Part shown: positions 58,137-64,000 of the stretch, in pieces
Numbering within the stretch: position 1 is the stretch's first letter
Layout: each line of letters starts with the position of its first letter
DNA from: Candidatus Latescibacterota bacterium
GTDB lineage: Bacteria > Latescibacterota > UBA2968 > UBA8231
Direction: 5' to 3'
DNA: 64,000 nt
NCBI GenBank assembly: GCA_965248265.1
Contig: CBDFJF010000002.1
Span: forward strand, 128,001-192,000
Made by a program: the position numbers and the translations under genes
Notes under the pieces: generated by a model
What the model was told of the DNA's origin: nothing
Seen by the model: only the letters and a program-made list of their open reading frames with translations
Database searches by the model: none

Positions 58137-59327
58137 TTACTCGTACCACGACAGCACCTTGCCCGGGTAATAGGTCCCGCTACCCCTGCCCACGGCGGGG
58201 TAGTAAGGAGGCGTCTGGGATACCAGCCGTTCGTCATACTCGAGATCCAGGACTTTGTTTCCGAGGGTGCCCTCTGTTTTCTGAGCGATCCCCCCGACCA
58301 CGGTCAGCGTGCCAGCAGAGACCGAACTGCTATGAACCGTGACCTGCCCCAGCGCCAGCATGGTGGCGTGGATCACCCGATCTTGAAAAGGGCTCGAATC
58401 TCCGACGACGATATCCTTCTCGCTGATAAGACCGAGAAAGGTGTTCGTGTTCTTTTTCGTCAGGTCGTTGTAGATAGAGATCTCCTGATCGGACACCACG
58501 GTGACCTGGCCGTCCAGTCTACCCCCAACGTGGATCGGCGTGGTGCTGTGAATCACACCGTTCGAGGGTAACGGAACTGTCTGTGCCGTAACTCCCGTCG
58601 CAGCGTAATAAACGTAGTTATCTTGAAAATTGATATAGACCTTCTTCCCAGTGGTCGTAGTTCCCGCGTAGAATTGCACGTCACTGAGACCCGCCGTAGT
58701 CGCCAGATAGTTGAGGTCGGCCGCCGTGGGGAAGGAGACCGAGTCGGTGACGGCGAAAGAGCCGTTTCCGAGAAACTGCGGCAGGTCGGTGGAGTCGGCG
58801 GGAGGGGAGGGACTGAGGGCCCACATGTTCGGGCTGGTCACCGGTCCGGTAAAAACAGGATGCCCTTCTATGGTCAACCTGCCGTTGGTGTGGATCGGGC
58901 CAAAGAGGGTGTCTCCGTCTGTGTACTTGAGGTCGGAATCGGTGAAATAGGCATACTCGGAAAACCGTCTGCGCCGCCACGTGACAACCTTCTCAACCTC
59001 GACCCCACCCATCATCCCTGCGGATGTGACCACGAAGACCAGGGTGTCGCTCCCTACAACGCTCACAGAGTCGGCCTTCACCGTAACGACAGAGGTTCCA
59101 CCCAACATATCTCTTCTGTCGCCCCCCCATCCACGCCAGTCGGAGTCTTTAACCAGTTCGCACAGGGCCATACGTGCCCCACTACTGGCGATCTCGCCGG
59201 CCTGGGCGCGGTGGTATTGGTTCACGACTCCATCGACGAAGGCTTCCCCCACCTCGTTAAGATTGCTCTGGACCGCGCCGAAAGCGAAGACGAAGCCAGC
59301 GATGACAATTAAGCTGTATTTACCCAT
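58137..59327 (-). CDS. PilX-like / DUF4900-like protein with an N-terminal membrane segment
   Basis: MGKYSLIVIAG hydrophobic start, A...A.SG, FSEYAYFT, GPIHTNG, LGLIS, YDERL....PP. Confidence 0.65.
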   Translation of the reverse strand: MGKYSLIVIAGFVFAFGAVQSNLNEVGEAFVDGVVNQYHRAQAGEIASSGARMALCELVKDSDWRGWGGDRRDMLGGTSVVTVKADSVSVVGSDTLVFVVTSAGMMGGVEVEKVVTWRRRRFSEYAYFTDSDLKYTDGDTLFGPIHTNGRLTIEGHPVFTGPVTSPNMWALSPSPPADSTDLPQFLGNGSFAVTDSVSFPTAADLNYLATTAGLSDVQFYAGTTTTGKKVYINFQDNYVYYAATGVTAQTVPLPSNGVIHSTTPIHVGGRLDGQVTVVSDQEISIYNDLTKKNTNTFLGLISEKDIVVGDSSPFQDRVIHATMLALGQVTVHSSSVSAGTLTVVGGIAQKTEGTLGNKVLDLEYDERLVSQTPPYYPAVGRGSGTYYPGKVLSWYE

Positions 59328-59329
59328 GT

Positions 59330-60367
59330 CTTGGCTGCGTCTCCATACGCCCTGAACTCGTTGGCCCGTTGGACGCCCGCCACGGCTGGTTCGCCGCCGG
59401 ACGTTCCAAGCTCGCGGGGCGTCCGCGTTGGGTCGGTGGTGCGGGTGGCACTTTGCGGGGACGCTGGCTGGCGATGAAATCCTGATAGCGCATCGGTGCG
59501 TGACCGACCGCCAGTTCGAGCACGCGATAGAACACCATGCCGCGGCTGCGGGAGCGGTTGAAGCGGACGAACTCGTCGAGATAGCTGACCAGGTGGGCGT
59601 CGTCGACGGAGCCCTGGTGGGGTCCCCAGGAGCCAACGCTTGGCCAGCGAGGCAACCCGATGCACGGCGGGCAACAGCTTGTTGGGATCGTCACCAAGAG
59701 CGCGATCGGCGCTGATCGTGCACGTAGCCGAGTTGCGCCAGTCCTTGATAGGGCGGCCAACCATCGGTGACGATCGTGGCGCCGGCTCGACGTGATCCAT
59801 CACGAAGGCGTGCAAGGACTCGGCAGACGCATCGGCCAGCGGCGAGATCCGACACCGACCGAGCCCCTTGGGCTCCTGGACCTCTACCGCGATACCGGTC
59901 AGCACCTTCTTGCCCTTGGCGCGGCCCCCTGCCAACCCTGGCTCAGCGCCGCCGATGTAGGTCTCGTCCACCTGCACTTTCCCCGGTAAGCAACTCACGA
60001 CCAGGACGCACCAACACCGACCGCAGTCGGTGCAGCATCGCCCAGGCCGTCTGGTAGAAGCCAATCTCCAGCACCCGCTTCAAGCTCAACGCCGAGATCC
60101 CATCCTTGCCGGTGGCGAACAACCAGCAGGCGGTGAACCACACCGTCAGCGGCGTCCGGGTCCGGTCGAAGATCGTACCTGAGGTCACCAAACTGCGCGT
60201 CCTGCACGCCGAGCACTTGAACCGGCCATCGCCCAGGTGCCAGCCGTCCTCGTGTCCACAGGTCGGACACACGAAGCCGTCTCGCCACCGCAGCCACTCC
60301 AGATAGTCCAGCACGAGGATGATCCATGCTTCACAAGATACCCCAAGTCTGGTTAAATGGATACCCC
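59330..60367 (-). mobile_element. Degenerate IS1595-family element
   Basis: LRW.DGFVCP.CG, TIF..T..PL..WF, QTAW.MLH, VDETYIGG, YLDEF.RFNR spread over several frames; probable left end GGGGTATCCATTTAACC (minus strand) at 60367. Confidence 0.85.
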
Positions 60368-60748
60368 TAAGGCGTTCCATCAAAGGAGTGGCGTGTTCGC
60401 CCCAGTGCTCTTTTACGTACAGCATAGAGATCGGCTAGGGATATCTGGCCGTGCTGAGTTGGGTTTTCCTGGCCAACATGGTGGTTGGGTGGCGAGTCCC
60501 GTTGGACTCAAGCTGCGCAATAGATCGTACGGCGCTTCCTGGGTAGCTATCCACCTGATGCTGGCCGCTGACGGTCGTCCTGGGTCTCTTTCACGGCTAT
60601 ATCGCGCTTTATTACAAGTAGCGAGCACTCACTGGTTGTCCCGTTGTCGGGGTCATTAAGACCTGCACGACATCAGGCGATGCGGCCGGAGGCGACCCGT
60701 TCCAGCACGCACCTCGCGCAGGCCTCTGCCGTCGGATGCTCGTCCCTG

Positions 60749-60844
60749 GTCCAGCGGGCGCTCGGGCATCGCGACCTCTCGACCACCCAGGTCTATACGC
60801 ACCTGGTCGACGACGCCCTCGAGGACGCCATCGAGCGGCTCTGA
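60749..60844 (+). pseudogene. Tyrosine recombinase C-terminal fragment
   Basis: LVQRALGHRDLSTTQVYTH (catalytic H and Y). Confidence 0.8.
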
Positions 60845-60863
60845 GTCCTCGCACGTCGCCGGG

Positions 60864-60891
60864 AAAGAGCGGTCCTGCGGGGCCGCTTTTT
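60864..60891 (+). terminator. Rho-independent terminator
   Basis: AGCGGTCC-TGCG-GGGCCGCT-TTTT. Confidence 0.75.
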
Positions 60892-61158
60892 CATTCCCGC
60901 GCTGGGACAGGCACTCACAGAGGCTGGGGACAGTCACCTGACAGTCCCCTCCCTGAACACAATGGGTGGGTGCGAGCCGGACAGCATCGGAGCCTTCCCA
61001 CGGCAACCGGAAGGATGGATTGACGAATCCTTCCGCCTCTCGCGGAGGATTCTTGAACGTCAGAGAACACGTCTTATCGGACATTCCCGCCGAGAAAAGC
61101 GGCGGAAACCCGCGTGTATCGGGGACGTCGCCGTAGGCGGCCCTGGTGTTATCCGCCA

Positions 61159-61689
61159 TCATTTCCGCGTTTTCCGCCGCTTGCGCGGTTTTCGGGCCGG
61201 TTTCGGCTGCGCCTCGGCCAGCTTCTCGAGCAGCGCTGTGGCCCACTCGGCCGGCGTGGTCTGAGGACCTGTGGGGGTGTCGCCCTCGCGGGCGATCTTG
61301 GTGGCCTTCAGGTCCTTCAGATGGCAGCGGATCATCCGGTCGAGCTTCTCGGCCGCGTCCATGTCGCCGTTGATCTGCGCGCGCACGAGCTTCACCGAGT
61401 AGACCGCCACCAGCTCCACCTGCAGGAAGTCCGAGCTCTTGTTGAACACGAAGTCCTGGTAGAGCTGGCCGATGATGGCCTCGAAGAGCGGACGCTCCTC
61501 GGCAGCGAGGAACCGGTCGGCGTAGATGCCGTGCACCAGGCTGTTCTGATTACCCTCGCGGGCACTCGTCCCGGTCTGCACCTCTGCGGCGGCCCGGATT
61601 TCCGGCTCGGACACGGCGTTGCGGTGCCAGCGGTCAAGCTGTGCCGTGTCGTGCTTGCCAATCGTGGGTTTCGCCTTGTCGCCGGCCAT
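61159..61689 (-). CDS. Hypothetical protein, possibly terminase small subunit-like
   Basis: GNQNSLVHGIY resembles the GNxNAxxHG motif of TerS-like proteins; GGAG RBS. Confidence 0.55.
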   Translation of the reverse strand: MAGDKAKPTIGKHDTAQLDRWHRNAVSEPEIRAAAEVQTGTSAREGNQNSLVHGIYADRFLAAEERPLFEAIIGQLYQDFVFNKSSDFLQVELVAVYSVKLVRAQINGDMDAAEKLDRMIRCHLKDLKATKIAREGDTPTGPQTTPAEWATALLEKLAEAQPKPARKPRKRRKTRK

Positions 61690-61769
61690 GTTCTCCGCCG
61701 TTCTGGTTTCGGCAACTCGGGGTCCGGGGCGGAAGATGAATTTCGCGGAGGGAGATTTTGCATGGGCGC

Positions 61770-63241
61770 GCGCCGTCCACCGTCGACATCGTCGTCCAGG
61801 GCAAGAATAACCTCTACGACCCGCGCCTGGAGACGCAGCCCGGCGCCGATCCGGCCAACGCCGCCTATCGGCAGTGGTCGAGCAATCCCGCCCTGTGCGT
61901 GGCGACTACCTGACCGACGGCGAGCTGGGCATGGGGGTGCCGACAGCGCACATCGATTGGGACTCGGTCGTAACGGCCGCCACCGTGTGCGACACGCTCG
62001 TCGACGGGCTGGGGCCGGTGCGGCCCGGAAACACCCTGGGTCCCCGCATTCGCCACAAACGCTTTACCTCAAACGGCGCCCTGCTTACCAGCGACACCCA
62101 TCGGGCCAACCTCACGCGGTTGTTGGCGGCCATGCTGGGCGCGATCTCCGTGACCGGCGGGAAGGTGACGATCCATGCCCATTCATGGACGGCGCCGGTG
62201 GAATCGTTTGACGAGAACGACCTCATCCAGCCGATCCAGCTCACCACCCACACGGACGTGTTCTCGGTCTTCAATACGATCCAGGGCCTCGATGCGGCAG
62301 AGCAGTACGAAGAGCGGCCGTTCGGGCGGGTGACCAACCAGACCCTACGGGCAAATCGGGACCGCGATGAGACCCTGGTGCGGGAGCTCACCCTGCCCAT
62401 GACGGCCTCGCGATCGCAGGCTCAGCGCCTGGCCTATTTCCACCTCCAGCAAGCCGCGTTCGGGCTCACCGCAACCCTGCACCTGAACTACAAGGGATTG
62501 CGCCTGCGCTACCGCGATCGCATCACCCTCTCGGTGGCGTCTTTGGGCTGGCAGAACAAGATCTTACGCGTCGAAGCGTGGCGCTTCGAACCGCTGGGCG
62601 GGGTTGTGGTCACCGTCCGCGAGGATGCCGCCTCGGCCTACGGCGACCCACCCGTCACCTGGTACGAGGCCCAGGACACCCCCTCCTCCAAAGCGCTGCC
62701 GGCGCCCGTCATACCGGAAGTGCCGGCGCCCACCAACCTGGCCGCGACCGCCGTTCCGGCCGGCATCGAGGTGACCTGGACCCTGCCCGAGCCGCGTAGC
62801 CAATGAGACGAGATTGTCCTCTACGCTGCGGCGACGGACGCCTGGACCAACGCGAGCGAAATCTGGCGCGGCGTCAGCACCGCCTACGTCCACCGGCTGC
62901 CTGAGCAGGCGACCCGCTATTACTGGGTGCGCGCCGCCCAGAGTGAGGAGGACTCCGTGCGCGAACCCGACGCCGACACCTCCACCGTCACCGCTACGGC
63001 ACAGGGCCTTCTCACCGCCGCCGCCAAGCCTGGCGCCTCGGGCTCGCCGATACCCAACACCCTTACCGATCCCCTGCACATTGAAGTGTCCTCCGGCGTC
63101 ATCTGGAGCGGCGGCTGGTGGCAGGATGCCAGTGGCCAATGGTGGTGGCTTTGGCACGCTGCCGATGTGCCCTCGTTTACCCGAGCACAAGCTCACTTCT
63201 ACCTACCTACAGGAGCTATATCTGATGTCCCAACGGTATAA
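61770..63241 (+). pseudogene. Phage tail-tip / host-specificity (gpJ-like) protein remnant
   Basis: QGK..LYDPR...WSSNPALC / DYL....GMG...ID.DS...AA..CD; frameshift near 61902, in-frame TGA at 62804, FN3-like PTNL...VTW...YYWVRA. Confidence 0.75.
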
Positions 63242-64000
63242 GATCACACTCATCGGCCTGGCCCTGCTACTGTGCGGCCTAGCACCGGCTGCCGCGCAAT
63301 GGGGTGGCACAGCCACGGGCGCGCCCGCGGGCACCACGCGCTTCCTCTCAGGCTTTAGCAAGGGGCTGGTCCAATCCACCGAAACACTCGAGATCGACGG
63401 GAACCTCATTATCCCGGTGGTGGCCAGCCTGCCCGCCGTCGCCACCGCCAACCAGGGCGCCTTCGTCTACCTCAGCACCGACAGCACGCTCTACGTGCAG
63501 GGCGCCACCGCCTGGGTACCAGCGCCCGGGTCCAAAGGCGACCAGGGCGACCAGGGATTGCAGGGCATTCAAGGCGACACCGGTCCCGGATTTACCTGGC
63601 GCGTCAGCTGGGTCCCGAACACCGGATACGCCGTCCGCAATGTCCTGCGCCACCAAAACAACATCTATGTCTGTACGCAAGCGCACAGCTCGAATCCGCT
63701 GCTCTTACCCGGTACGACGGGCGGCGCTTCATACTGGGACTTGATGGTACCCAAAGGCAGCAAGGGCGATCAGGGGGACCAGGGACTGCAAGGCATTCAA
63801 GGGCAGCCCGGGCTGCCAGGAGCGTCCGGGTCCAAAGGCGACAAAGGCGATCAGGGACTCCAAGGCGACACCGGCCCCGGATTTACCTGGCGCGTCAGCT
63901 GGGTCCCGAACACCGGATACGCCGTCCGCAATGTCCTGCGCCACCAAAACAACATCTATGTCTGTACGCAAGCGCACAGCTCGAATCCGCTGCTCTTACC
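63225..64000 (+). CDS. Signal-peptide protein with collagen Gly-X-Y tracts alternating with CBM5/12-like modules; runs off the window
   Basis: Not in the ORF track. AGGAG RBS, MSQRYKITLIGLALLLCGLAPAAA, GSKGDQGDQGLQGIQGDTGPG, WRVSWVPNTGY.V.NVL.HQNNIYVCTQAH...PG...YW. Confidence 0.8.
   Translation, partial: MSQRYKITLIGLALLLCGLAPAAAQWGGTATGAPAGTTRFLSGFSKGLVQSTETLEIDGNLIIPVVASLPAVATANQGAFVYLSTDSTLYVQGATAWVPAPGSKGDQGDQGLQGIQGDTGPGFTWRVSWVPNTGYAVRNVLRHQNNIYVCTQAHSSNPLLLPGTTGGASYWDLMVPKGSKGDQGDQGLQGIQGQPGLPGASGSKGDKGDQGLQGDTGPGFTWRVSWVPNTGYAVRNVLRHQNNIYVCTQAHSSNPLLL
63570..64000 (+). repeat. Direct repeat of at least 140 bp (63570-63709 and 63861-64000), period 291 bp, one mismatch
   Basis: Read directly; in-frame module duplication (97 codons). 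Confidence 0.95.

Larger units (their letters stand above)
43894..64000. mobile_element. Decayed mosaic genomic island / prophage-like element at the tmRNA 3' end; right boundary not in the window
   Basis: Large serine recombinase module 0.9-1.4 kb after ssrA, LexA, primase-helicase, IS elements, integrase and phage remnants; no second copy of the ssrA 3' end seen. Confidence 0.8.

Noticed and set aside
59328-59636. 103-aa N-terminal extension of the PilX-like ORF
   Set aside because: This is off-frame IS1595 sequence; the plausible start is ATG 59327.
60370-60660. Possible small membrane-protein gene
   Set aside because: A hydrophobic stretch (GYLAVLSWVFLANMVVGW) with no coherent start or frame; at most a remnant.
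62804-62806. Selenocysteine or programmed readthrough at an in-frame TGA
   Set aside because: The same gene is 5'-truncated and frameshifted, so a TGG-to-TGA nonsense change is simpler; other genes here use TGA as stop.
104-63977. Numerous long overlapping or antisense ORFs in the track (e.g. 21230-22153, 25304-26281, 45503-46468, 56534-57739, 61114-62211)
   Set aside because: Shadow frames expected in high-GC DNA; they lack motifs and overlap well-supported genes.
63570-64000. DGR template/variable repeat pair
   Set aside because: A single synonymous T/C mismatch, both copies in one reading frame, and no reverse transcriptase in the window.

Overview
GC-rich bacterial chromosome window from a diderm organism (TamA/TamB, TonB-dependent receptor) in two halves. 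Bases 1-43,893 are mostly intact host genes: an adenosine-deaminase-like gene (cut by the window edge), sat, a coupled membrane protein/GMC/Gfo/rhodanese/methyltransferase operon, an orphan GHKL ATPase next to vapBC, a full form II-like coxGSLM molybdo-hydroxylase cluster with coxD/E, xdhC, mocA and moaA, a FolC-ATP-grasp fusion, queC, pckA, the AmmeMemoRadiSam trio, tamB/tamA (with DDPF repeats) and tmRNA (tag ANDNSYALAA). From about 43,894 to the end is a decayed mosaic island sitting at the tmRNA 3' end. It has a structured 70-bp tandem repeat, DUF2924, a large serine recombinase, LexA, a broken primase-helicase followed by an iteron-like origin, an intact-looking ISL3, IS4/IS1595/MgtE/integrase/phage-tail remnants, a TonB receptor, a PilX-like gene and a signal-peptide collagen/CBM-like repeat gene that runs off the window. 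The best candidates for new biology are the 70-bp triple-hairpin repeat at the island's left end, the FolC-ATP-grasp fusion, the duplicated-membrane-protein operon, and the secreted collagen/CBM gene in a phage tail position. All calls come from reading motifs by eye; no searches were run.
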